Source of the DNA: Lama glama
Taxonomy: Eukaryota
Assembly: GCA_028534125.1 (NCBI GenBank)
Contig: CM052816.1
Location: 27,158,001 to 27,222,000 of the forward strand
Direction of reading: 5' to 3'
DNA: 64,000 nucleotides
Under the pieces are notes generated by a model, which saw only the letters and a program-made list of their open reading frames with translations, ran no database searches and was not told the DNA's origin. The position numbers were made by a program, and so were the translations under genes. Shown here piece after piece: positions 37,215 through 48,779 of this stretch; the first letter of the stretch is position 1, and every line of letters starts with the position of its first letter.

Positions 37215-37410
37215 AGTCAATTATTGACCTGTATGTGCCAGCTGCTGTGCTAAGTGCTCTACACACATTTACTTAATTTACTCCTCAAAATAATCCTAGG
37301 AGGATTTGTCATCCCTAATTTGTAGATAAGGAAACTGAGGTTTTAAAGAGATTAAGTAATTCACTCCAAATCACCCAGATACTAAATCCTCAGGCAGGAT
37401 TTGAACCCCT
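37215..37410 (-). mobile_element. MIR
   Basis: tgtgctaagtgctctaca...tttgtagataaggaaactgagg...ggatttgaaccc. Confidence 0.85.
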
Positions 37411-37688
37411 GAGGATGTAAAGGCCTCACAGGGGTCTGCTATGCAGGGAGCCCTCAAAAATGGAAAAGGTTACTAGTCCAGCCCAACCCTCATTTGGTAG
37501 ACCCCAAACGGATTCACAGAGTGACTTGCCAAGCGGCAGGGCAGGGGTTGAAATTTGAATCTCCTGATTCTGAGTCTAGAGTTTTTTACCTTAACCTAAA
37601 CCGTCCTCACTGAATGAAATCTTTTTCTAGGAAGACTCAACTTGACACGTAGGTAGGCTGGACATGAACCATCACATGTGCGTGACAA

Positions 37689-37707
37689 CAGCTCCCTCTG
37701 CTGGCCT
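37689..37707 (-). promoter_or_regulatory. Candidate CTCF binding site
   Basis: The minus strand reads GGCCAGCAGAGGGAGCTG, close to the CTCF core CCASYAGRKGGCRS. Motif only. Confidence 0.55.
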
Positions 37708-39154
37708 TTAAGAGAACTGAAAGCGGCCATCTGGCAGCCACTAAAGCTTTCTTTACAATTAGACTTTCTCAGAGGCGCTTGATTTATACCCTCACCTCCT
37801 CTATTTAAAAAATGGGCATCCTTGTGTCCTTATGTCTTCTCATTATATTTTTCTATAAAGTCACCCTTGGTCTTTGAAGACCTGTGATCCTACCCAGACA
37901 GGGGTGGACCCAGTCTTGGGGGTTCTAGCATGCTCTTCCTCAGGCCCCCCTTACTGAGAATCACTACCTCAGTGTGAGTACTGTAGCCCAGGCCATACAC
38001 TCTGGGTGTGCTAATGGACGAGAGAGTGAAAGGAGCACCAGCACGCGAAGAGAGACCTTTCTGGGGTGAGTCTCATCTGAACTCTGCTGAAGTCCCTCTG
38101 AGCATGTGACATCACATTTGACTCCACCTAAGCTTTGGGAACATATACCATGGTAACCAGATACATTTTCTAGGGGAGAAACCCAGGAGCTCTTGGCATC
38201 TAACTCCAGAGGTCAAATAGATGTGTTCAGCGACGACTAATTTTCAGTGTCTAATATTATGAGCAGATGTTGGTGTTTCTAAATGATGAACACATGGATA
38301 GTTAAATCCCTGTTCTCACAGAGGGTTTAAGGAGACATGGCATGTAATGTGCACTACATGGTGCCTGCCACGCAGAGAGCAAGAAATAGAGTTGCCAGAA
38401 CAAAAAAATAAAACAAAGCCATTATGTTCTCAGGACCAGCACAAGCTCTCTAATCTCCTAACTTGCTTCCATAGATTGTGCATGGGCAGGATTTTGGCAT
38501 GAGAATGACTCCCAGACATCTCGTCCCCAGCACCAATCACCTGCCTTTGGTAATGCTGTTATTATCAGCCTTCTCCTGGCATCGGAAACAAACTTGTCAT
38601 TTAAAATATTTTTCCCTTCAGTCCTCCTGCAATTACCACGACAGTTTGATTTTCTGCCCTTTATTTTCAAATTTAAGAAAATTCACCAAATTTCCCTGAT
38701 AGCTCTCTTCCTGAAAAGGAGAAAAGATGGGGCTCCCAGGAGGAGAGGAACTCAATTACAGCACTGTCAGAATCTGCCTGTACTGGTCTGGATGCGGTCT
38801 TCTACCTTATTTAACAGATGGCATTTTTCACCAGTGGGGACCAGGCAAAGTCCTACTGATGTATACATTTCGACAGGAGTTCCTGTTACTACCTCAAGGC
38901 TGACTATATTTAAATATCATTTCATTCAAAGATGTCAATTAGTTGAGGGCATAGACTGAGAGTCCCAGGCTCAGAGCCCCATCAGTCACCTACTTGCTGG
39001 GCAGTCTTGGGGAATTTGTTAATTTCTTTGAGTTCTTCAACCCTATAATAGGAGTAATGACAACAGGTTCTCTCCTGCTGACTCCTGTGGGGATTATAGA
39101 AGATATTTGGAAATTGCTGGTCACCCTGGCTGGCACAGAATGAGCAATGAAAGC

Positions 39155-39520
39155 ACTCATTTATTTAACAAAAATTGATTGTGCACCTACTATGTGTGAG
39201 GTGCTGATTCACCTTCAGTGGTGAATGAAAGAGCTCCCTGCTCTCAGAGAGCCTACTATCTAGCAGGGAGAGAAGGATGCTAAACTTGTAAGAAACAATG
39301 TATCTGGAGTGGGTGCCATGAAGACAAAGCTGAGTAAGGATTTGGAGAAAGAGACAGGTGCTATTTTTAGCAGAAGGCAAACCTCTCTCTCTCTCTCTCT
39401 TTTTTTTTTTTTTTTTGACAGCAAAGTCTTCTCTGGGAAAATGGCATTTGCAGGAAGACCCGAGTGAAGTACAGAAGACAAGACATGGGGATACCACAGG
39501 AAGAGTGTTCTAAACAGGAA
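39155..39520 (-). mobile_element. L2 3' fragment containing a (CT)n/(T)n tract
   Basis: cactcatttatttaacaaa...gtgcacctactatgtg...ccctgctctcagagagcctactatctag. Confidence 0.7.
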
Positions 39521-40289
39521 GATGAGTGGCCGCACTTGGCCTCTGCAGCAGCAGGAGGCATGGGTAGGTGGGAGGGAGTAGGAGGCAGGGAGACAGCGCG
39601 AGTGGGCAGGACCCAGGAGGCCATCCTCGAAAGGCCCAGACAATGAGTGGCAAAGATGGGCATGCCAAAGAGCCAGATTTCTTCCTCCTGGGTTCCTTCT
39701 CATTAGCCCTTCCTTGCACCAGTATCCAGAAGCAACCTTGAAAATCATGTCTCTTAGTAACCATCACTTGCCCTCTCCCTGATTCTAGAGACCTTAAACA
39801 GGAGAATCGGAACTTGGGATACCCAGTGGGGAGATGGCACCTGACTAAATTCCAACCCAGTACTCACTCTGCCTTCTCCATTCAGCATTAGTACTACCAT
39901 TATGAATATTAAGTACTTCCTAAGAGCAGCTGATTTTCTTTACTGCCCAGGAAGGTTTTGTAATTATTCAACTGCAAAATTCACTGATTAAACTTTGAGA
40001 AAATGAACCCAGATTGTTTTCTTATTTAACAAACAGGAAGATCACATTTACCTTTCCCAGGAACAAAAACCCAGGCTATCGATTGCCTGTTTCCTTCAGT
40101 GCATAGAAGGAAATATTTTATTTTCAAACTTGAGAAAAATCTCAAGGCAGAAAGTCTTCCTAAAAACACAAACTTGTCTATCAAGAATATGTTTGATGAC
40201 GTACAACAGACTGATGAAGCTGCAGGGATCATCTTGTATCAGAAGTGGAATCTTGTTTTGGAGGATATTTAAATTTAACCCCCCACCGT

Positions 40290-40482
40290 GTTGTATGAAT
40301 GTGTGTATACATATGTATGCATGTGTGTACGTGTGTGTGTATATATGTATGTGTGTATGTAAATGTATAGATATGTGTATGTGCATGTGTGTATATGTAT
40401 GTATGCATATATATTTGTGTATGTGTGTATATACGTGTGTGTATACACACACACACACACACGTATAATATACTCACACACA
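40290..40482. repeat. Low-complexity (TG/TA)n and (CA)n tract
   Basis: Direct reading. Confidence 0.95.
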
Positions 40483-40491
40483 TAGCCAACC

Positions 40492-41000
40492 TGTGTTGGG
40501 CAGCCTCTATGATGGGCTTCCAATGACCCCCACCCCTTGCCCAGAATTCTTGCCCTTGTATAAATTCCCTCCTCTTCAGGGTAAGCTAGACCTAGTGACT
40601 TGATCCTAACAAACAGAAAAGTAAGATGTTTCTTCTGAGATTAGTTCACCAAAAGACTGTGGCTTCTGTCCTATGTACTTTCCTGCTCTCTTTCTTATTC
40701 CCTTTGAGGGAGGCCAGTTGCCACGTTGTGAGCTGCCCCCTGGAGGAGGCCAAGTGGTAAGAAACTATGTCTTCAACTGATAGTCAGCCAGGATCTGAGG
40801 CTCCCTGCATGAGCTTGGAAGCTGACCTTCCGCAGTCAAGCCTTGAGATGGCTAAACCCTCAGCCCACAGCTTGATTCCAGTCTAGTGAGGGACCATGAG
40901 CCCAAGGTTGAGCTGTGCCTGGATCCCTGACCCCAGATCCTATGAAATAATACTTGTTGTTTTAAGTCACCAAGTTATTCAGTCACAGAGAACTAATAGC
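40492..41000 (+). mobile_element. MaLR LTR (MLT1E/F-like)
   Basis: tgtgttgggcagcctctatgatgg...gttgccacgttgtgagctgcc...tgttgttttaag...gaactaatag. Confidence 0.85.
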
Positions 41001-43021
41001 TCATAGACGGAATTTTTTCTTTTACCTTTTTCTCCATATGCTGGTTCAAAGAAACACTTTAGGAAAATTATTGTTACTAAAAGCTCTATGTCTGCATTAT
41101 AATTAGATGACTTCAGAAATGTAAGCTCAAAGACAAAAGGTGTAGATCCTCTTACTCCAGAAACTGTAAAGCAAGTAAAGAGTCAAAGCATTTTGAACTA
41201 AAGAAGAAAACAAATGCTTTAAATTTTTCTCCACTAGAATTCACCACTCTGAAATATATTAAAAACATTAAAGAATATAATAAGCACACACTGGCATTTA
41301 TACCATATGCCAGTCTTAGGGCCCAGGTGCAGAAAGTGCAAGACGATAGCATATGTCCCTGCCTCCAGTAGCTCACAGTTATGTAGCTCAAGTTCACAGT
41401 TGTCACTCCCAGATATTTCCATAGTGCTAACACCCACCAGCTCACAGGCCTGGAGGAAGTTCCTGATTCCCTCTTAGAAAGTATTTTTTTTTTCAGTTTG
41501 GATTAAAACTTTATCAGTTCCAGAATTGGCATTTGCTCTTAGCAAAAGTCAGATAACCAGGATGACAAACCATAAGTCGGGTTTAGAACCTGGAGCTGAA
41601 GCAAAATAAGGACTGAAAAATCATCCCTTTCATTTGCCTGAAAAATTCCACCAGATGCAAAGAAGTTATAAATGTTGTTTAGGATTCCAGAGCTAAGCAG
41701 CTGTATGCGATGACAGAGAAAGTTCTGTTCCAACTTGGGCCTTTGTTTACTGATAAATAATTCGAGGGAAAACAAAAAAAAATCTCCAGAAACACTGAAA
41801 TGGCAGCAAAGCAAACAGTTCCATTTATGGAAGGAAAGAGGCCTCAGATGAACATATAAATAACCCCAAATAAGAAGCATTGACATAATCAGGAGCACTT
41901 CTCATGTAAACAGAACTGGATTTCTGCAAATGATACTGTTAGCTAAATGCAAATGCAATACTGCTAAGGCTTATCTGAGGTGTCAGGGAGCAAATGAGAC
42001 TAGAATTAAACCAGATATGCTGGCTAGAATGCCTTTAAAAACTTGTTTTCAGAGTCATAAAAATTGGAAAAAGCCAAAGATCTAGTAACTGTGGAAAAAC
42101 CACAGCTCGTAAGTATTTGTTTATCTCTAGTTTCAGCCCTACATCTGTGATGTACTCACACTTACATACTGAGTAGTCTCAGCAATGAGGATTTGTTCCT
42201 TAAGAGAGAGGCCTCCGTAACTTCCCTGGGGCCTTGACTGTTCTACATGTATCCTTCCTCCTCTCTGAACTGGGCACTGTCTAATAGCAGTCAAAATCAT
42301 GTTTTAAATCCCCAAGGAGCCAAATTCCTGGCGTATAGCAGACGATCAAAGTCTGCAAGTTGACCGAATATATGACAGAGTGAAGGGGCCGCAGGAGAAC
42401 CTGTGTGAAGGCTCAGTGCCATAATCCCTCATCAGAGGATGGGCCACTGGATCTTCACTCCCTCCCAAAGAACCACCAACTACAATGTGAACTGAAGCAG
42501 GTCCCCGCTTGAATGAAAAGTCTACTCTAAAGCTGCTACCATCATCTTGAATCTAGGACTTGTTTCTACCATATCTCCTTTATCCACTTTTTCTATCGAC
42601 ACCATCTCTGTTGGGGTGGGGTTTGCAACGTAGCATTTTCATGACAGGGTGAACAGAGGAGAGGGACAGAGGCTTCCCATCCATCCATACAACTGTTACC
42701 AAGAGTCATTTTTATCTTCCATCATGACCTGAGAAAAATTAATCAGAGCCCAATAAACTCAACAAGAAATAAACATTTATCAAACTTACCTTGTTTGACC
42801 TAGTGTGTTCAGGAAGTCTTCACTGTTGAAGAATATCTGTAATATTGTCACAAGTAGGATGTCCTGACTGAGCAGGGAAAGATTTACTATGGGGTCATTT
42901 GAAAAGGATGGCCTATAAGTATTTATGGAGTTATTGACATGTGAGCACTTTCCCAACTTTGGCTCAAAGTACAATGCCAGAGCTATGTCTAGAGCTATGC
43001 TGGTATCATTCCATTAAAACA

Positions 43022-43225
43022 TTTTTTTTAAGTGAAGTATAGTTGATTACAATGCTGTATTGGTTTTAGGTGTACAGCAAAGTGATTCAGTTTTATATAT
43101 ATATGTATCATATGATATTTGTCTTTCCCTGTCTGACTTACTTCACTTACCATGAAGATCTCCAGGTCAATCCATGTTGCTGCAAATGGCATTATTTTAT
43201 TCTTTTTATGGCTGAGTATTATTCC

Positions 43226-43268
<43 letters not shown>

Positions 43269-43362
43269 ACATAACATCTTCTTAATTCAGTCATCTGTTG
43301 GTAGACACTTAGGTTGTTTCCATGTCTTGGCTACTGTAAATAGTGTTGCTATGAATACCAAG
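43022..43362 (-). mobile_element. Young L1 3' end with internal deletion and (TG)n
   Basis: ttttttttaagtgaagtatagttgattacaatg; tccatgttgctgcaaatggcattattt; (TG)n at ~43228-43264. Confidence 0.9.
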
Positions 43363-44829
43363 GTACTTTTATCTTTTCGTAATTCTCTGGCCTGGAGCGA
43401 TAAGAGGGACTACAGAAATTTGGCCTTTATTTTATTGTTTGCCTGGGTCATGATAAATATTTAGAGAGCACCTTTCTTGGGCTAACACACTCAGAGATGT
43501 ACTGCAAATGTCTACATGATAAAATCAAGTCTCTCCTCTCTAGGAGCTTTGTGTTAGTAGGCTAAATACCTTCTTTCATTAGATCTGTGAATCAAGAGTG
43601 AATTTTATTTCAATTCTATCAATTAAAAAAATACATTTCCCTCCCATTGTTGCGAAGCCTTAAAAAAGTTGAAAATCTAGAAACTGGATAACCAGATCTT
43701 TAAAAAGAAGGCTTCTGATGGTATAAGTATAGCATCATAGATGTGTTATTTATCCAGGATGTTTTGGTATTTAAAAATCCAACTTAAAGTTTTGTGGCAA
43801 AAAAAAAACAAAACACTACAGATTAATTCCACATCAAACTCTTTGCCTTGGCAGTGCTCCATTTTTTCCTCAAAAAAAATTTTTTAAAAGCTAGTGTTGC
43901 TTTTGTATTTCTGTCAAGAGCCCTAGGATCTGACACAGGAGCTATGGAAACTCTCTATCAGTGCCTTTAAACTCAGAAAATGGTGTTTTCTCAGAGGCTC
44001 TGGGCAGAGGGAGGAGATAGACCTCCTTGTATTATACACCCTGGTAAAGCTGCTCCTTACCACTTAGAACAGGCAAGGAAAAGGAGGGAGGGGATAAAGG
44101 AAAGAGGAGAGGAAGCAGCAGCAGTAAAATAAATTAAACCAAAACAAAGGGTTTCAGCAGCAGCTGTTTTCCTCTCGGTTCTGCACTTTCCTGAGTTTGA
44201 CACTGAAGTAGAGGAGCCTGTGATGTATCAAGCTCTGTCTCCCTCTGGTGACCACATGCGCTATCCCTGGACTCCTGCAAAGGCTGTGGCCATCCCTGTT
44301 TTTCTGAGAAGCTGAACTTCCATTGATAAAAATGCTCACTCGTTCCCTCCGAAGACTCTGCTGGGAGCTTCAGCTGGGATGGCCATGTAACACCACTAAT
44401 GAATGGCACACTCCTCAGGCTCAATGTCAGCTCCGTGGTCCACCGTGAAGCATCCTGTGTGTCAGTGAAACATTTTGTGCCTGTTTCCTTGCCTGTAATG
44501 TGAGGGTGAGGGCTGCATGAACCAGACGTCCCTGTGAGGAGTGGATGAGATTCTCCTCATTACCATTTACTGCTGAGGTTCTGGTTCTGGTCAGAGGGCG
44601 CTGGACTGGGATGGATGGGGGAGGTGGCATTTCCAACAAGCCAAATGCATCTGCAAAGGAGGCATCAGCCATGAAAGGATGAGGGTATGTATATTAAGAG
44701 TCAGTTTCCTTGCAGTAATTCACAGCTCACATTTTGACTTTTCAGATCTGAGGAGGTACAAAGCATAAGAAAAACAAAAAATTCCCCAGATCCTGGTCAC
44801 TAGAATAATTTAGAAATTTCTATCTCAGG

Positions 44830-45060
44830 GAGATTCTGGGGTCTGACTCTTTGGGTCAAATCCTGATTCTGCCACTTTTCAGCTGTTGGATTCTGGGCAA
44901 ATTGTTTGACTTTTCTGAGCCTTCATCTCCTCTGTAAAATAGGAGTAAGATTACTTCCCACCCCCACAGTGTTCTTGCGACTATTAAATGAGACAGTCCA
45001 CAGGAAGCACCTAGTGAATGCTTATGCAGAGGAAGCCCTCAATCTATGTTACCTATTACC
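44830..45060 (+). mobile_element. MIR
   Basis: caaatcctgattctgccactt...ctgggcaaattg...ctctgtaaaatagg. Confidence 0.8.
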
Positions 45061-45179
45061 AACTCCAGTTCAAGCTGAGCTTTTCACTCTCAGAGGAAGA
45101 CTGAGCCTAGCTCCAAGAGAGAAAGCTTGGTAACTGTAGAGTTAAATTCAGAACGAATGGGGTTAGCAGTAAGGAAGCC

Positions 45180-45372
45180 AGGTTTTCTTTAAAAAAAAGT
45201 TTTTCAGAATTAGCTGCATATTGAAATTGCTTGGGGAGCTTTAAAAACTGTCAGAACCTTGGCTCCACCCTCTGAGGTTCTGATGTAATCAAAACCTGGG
45301 TGTGGCCTGGCCCTGAGGTTTATAAAAGCTACCTAGGTGATGGGAGGTTGCAGCGAAAGCTGGAGCCACTGT
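45180..45372. mobile_element. MER5A-like hAT-Charlie element
   Basis: gctgcatattgaaattgcttggggagctttaaaaa...aaagctacctaggtga...gagccactg. Confidence 0.75.
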
Positions 45373-46169
45373 CTTAAGAGTGTTTCCACACACTTATATG
45401 GTGTTGGGGTTTTTTTTGTTTTTGTTAATTGTTTGTTTTGTTTTGTTTTTGGTACCCTCATGCAAAATCTGCTGAGATGTACTAGTTAAAAAGCAATTTA
45501 AGAACAGAGGATTTTTGAAATCAGAGCAGCCTGACTGCCTTTCAAAGCTCAGGAAAACAAAAGGAAAGGGTTTCTAAGTTCCACCAAATGTTTCTGTAAA
45601 TGGAGATGCTCTTCAAGACTGTAAGCTTACCCCTATTCTCTTTGAAATCCTCTTCACTTAAAGAGGGCAGAAGTCCCCTGCCACGTCCCAGAGATCCCAA
45701 ACCTGGGGTCAAGGGTACAGAAGACACACATGAACCCAGGTCAACAGCCAACATAAAGGAAAGCTCTCAAAGGGAAGAGTCTTTCTGAAATATACAAAGG
45801 AACTCTTAGGCAAGGGGTGGGGTGGGAGTTACCCGGAAGAAGCTGATCCTGTATTTGTGGCAAGGGGCTTTAGAGGGAAGCCAGTGGTGTTCTGAGGCCC
45901 AGAGCCTGTCTGGGAATAACTTAGGGTCGGGCGGTGGCCACTGGCCAGACCTCAGAGATGAGCAGTGAGTGTCTCTGGCGAGTAGGGGTTTGGGGGTGAG
46001 GAAGGGAGTACAGCAAGCAAAGTCTCCCTTTCCAACTGGGGAGGTGCAGGCACATAGAGATGTCAGAGAGAGGGAGGACTTATCTAGTGAGTCTGGGGAC
46101 AGCAATTTAGCAATAAATGGAGGGACACTTTTAAGTGTAACCTGAAGTGCCACCTGTCTCATTTTCCAG

Positions 46170-46420
46170 TCCAGAGCAAGGACTCTGGAGCCAGATGACC
46201 TGAGTCTGAATCCCAGCTTTGCCACTTACTGTGTGACCTTGGCACACCACTCGACCTGTCAATGCCTCAGTTTTCCCATCTATAAAATGGCCTTGATAAC
46301 GGACAGCACTCACTTCAGAGCTGTTGAGAGGCTTAAATAAAGTAATCAATGTCAAGTGCTTTGAATAGTGTTTGAAGCACAATGAGGAACACATTCAGTG
46401 TTAATCTTTTTGTTATTTCT
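46170..46420 (+). mobile_element. MIR
   Basis: ctctggagccaga...gaatcccagctttgccacttactgtgtgaccttgg...cctcagttttcccatctataaaatgg. Confidence 0.9.
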
Positions 46421-46799
46421 CATCCAGCTCTGAAGAAACGTATTTAGGTCTCAAAAAAATTTAATTAAAACAAAAGTGACTACAACTAAAGGGGTTGTAC
46501 AAAATAATGAAGAGAGTGATCTTTGTTTTGGGAGAATTCTTACACTCCTGCAATGAGGACCCCTTCTTTAACTTTAGCAGTGGAAGTGTTGGAAGGATGC
46601 AGCGGCTGAGCTCAAGCTGGGGAAAGAATGCCAAGCCAGGCCAAAGTCGGTTGGTGTCCACCAAAGTGACAGCAGGGGGTGCTGAAGGAAAAATGTAGGC
46701 ATGGCTGCAAACTTTTTGCCTCAAAGAGCTTTATGTACCATACAGAGAATACCTCAGTCACCCTGAGTTCCAAGAATAGGAATTAATTTCTAGCAATTT

Positions 46800-47210
46800 T
46801 TAAAATATATATACTTTTTCCTTATAGGTTATTAAAAGTTATTGACTATAGTTCCCTGTGCTATACTGTTGGTCTTTGTTGCCTATCTATTTTATACATA
46901 GTAGTGAGTATCTGCAAATTCGAAACACCTAATTTATCCCTCCCCCACCGTTCCCCTTTGATAACTGTTTGTTTTCTATGTCTGTGAGTATCTTTCTGTT
47001 TTGTAAATAAGTTCACTTCTGTTATTTATTTAGATTCCACATATAAGTGATATCATGTGATATTTGTCTTTCTCTGTCTAACTTACTTTACTTAATATGT
47101 TAATCTCTAGGTCCATCCATGTTGCTGCAAATGGCATTATTTCATTATGGTTGAGTAGTATTCCACTGTATAAAGATACCACATGTTTATCCACACATCT
47201 GTCGATGGAC
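46800..47210 (-). mobile_element. Young L1 3'-UTR segment lacking its terminal part, with an 18-bp TSD
   Basis: TSD attaatttctag(c/t)aattt at 46782-46799 and 47211-47228. The interior matches the L1 copy at 63472-63950. Confidence 0.9.
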
Positions 47211-47309
47211 ATTAATTTCTAGTAATTTGGTTGTAGGGGTGACAAAAAATGACTATCTCCATTGTTAGGTCTTATAGCTCCTTTTTCCACTTAGGTGGAC
47301 CTGACTTAC

Positions 47310-47471
47310 CGACCAGCTGGTCACCAGCTGGTCCCTGAAGCATGAAGCCCATTAACTCTGGAGGCAGAATGATTGCTCCCATTATATCATCTTTGGGGAC
47401 AATTTTGCTGCACAAATTCTCAAGCACAACTCCAGGGGTCTTGAGAGCTTTTGGGACATAAGATGAAGCTC
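47310..47471 (-). other. Candidate internal exon (162 nt, phase 1-1)
   Basis: Acceptor tctctccttag|G and donor G|gtaagt. One of three frames is open. No transcript evidence. Confidence 0.3.
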
Positions 47472-48432
47472 CTAAGGAGAGACCCAGGCCCCCATCATTT
47501 GCTGGGACAAACCCAGACTCTATGGCTGTTCCCACTCTGCTGTAGGGTGGGGTGTGGGAGGGTGGGGGTGGGCAGATCCTTATGGGTCACCAGGGTCAGA
47601 CAGGACAGTTAGATATTCGGTCAAAGGCATTAGGGTAATCAATTCCAGGTCCACTTAAACAATGATTTAAGAGTTAGTAAATTCCCCAAAGTGCTTCAGT
47701 CCAGAGAAGAGTCCAGAAATAGTAAGAATCAGATTCAAAGTGTAGCACGATAAAATAAAAAGCTATTTCAGGGTCTGTGTTAATAAGGACCTCATACAAA
47801 GTTTTCTCAGAAAAGGTTTTTCAAGAGGCTTCACAGTTTTTAAAAATTAATTAACATTTTACATTCAGCATCCCACAGATTTCACATCTGCCACGGATTT
47901 TTTTTTTACTAATTAGAAAAGCTGTTGGTGGAGGAGTTGTTAGATGTTTGCACAGGCCAAATTATGGCGTGATTAGAAGGCAGGGTGTATGCTAATGAGC
48001 AGTGAGGCAGATAAACCAATGTTTACAGCAACAGAAGACTATTCCTTCTCTTAGTTGCTCGAGCTCATTGTGATTAGAATCTTATATGAATGTGAATACA
48101 AATCCCTTTTGACAGCTGGCTGGGGGTTGCTTAAAACTATACAGTATTCAGAGAAGACTTGTCCTCTTAAGCCTCAAAATTCCATGGAGAATATTGTCTC
48201 CGTGCAGTACCTGTTCTCAGGTGTAATCGGGTGAGACATAGTATCACTTCCATTTCTATCTGATAGTACTTTGGAATGCTCCTAGTTATGAGTCTTAAAG
48301 GGTTTCTTCTCTTTGTGGAACTTCCAGTCTGGCAGGGGTGAACAGGTTCAGGCTCTCATGGAGAGCAAGGCAGGGGCCCAGCTGACTTTAATGGCCGCAG
48401 TGCAGTTCCTGACATTACTGTTCAGCCATTTT

Positions 48433-48591
48433 TTAAATCAAATTCTTCATTATTTTTTATTTTTGGGGGGGTAATTAGGTTTATTTATTTACTTACTTTT
48501 TTTTTAAACGAAGGTACTGGGGATTGATTGAACCCGGGACCTCCTAAATGCTAGGCACACGCTCTACCACTGAGCTATATACTCTCCCCAC
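48433..48591 (-). mobile_element. tRNA-Ala-derived SINE (vic-1-like)
   Basis: The reverse complement has tagctcagtggtagagcg...cccgggttcaatc. 17-bp TSD tactgtt(c/t)agccatttt at 48416-48432 and 48592-48608. Confidence 0.92.
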
Positions 48592-48779
48592 TACTGTTTA
48601 GCCATTTTGTCTTTGGGATCTTACTCAGGCACTGAAGACAGCCTGCTGATTCAATTTAGAACAAGTAAGGAGTATGAACTGTTTGGCTAACATGAGGTAG
48701 TTTGTCATAGAAGGTAACAAGGGAAATGTAATGCATTTCCCCATCCACAGAAAGTAACTATTTTATTGAAGAAATAAAA

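Noticed and set aside
38144..38157. RFX X-box-like motif (also ~5515-5529), and scattered AP-1 and E-box sites
   Set aside because: These are imperfect or short motifs expected by chance in 64 kb.
39165..39767. Cluster of overlapping ORFs
   Set aside because: They span an L2 fragment and a (CT)n/(T)n run, and show no protein signal.
40026..40523. Overlapping ORFs rich in H/T/Y/C/V/M
   Set aside because: They are translations of the (TG/TA/CA)n low-complexity tract.
42053..42108. Plus-strand 56-nt micro-exon (ttgttttcag|...|gtaagt)
   Set aside because: It is isolated and not frame-preserving, with no supporting partner exons.
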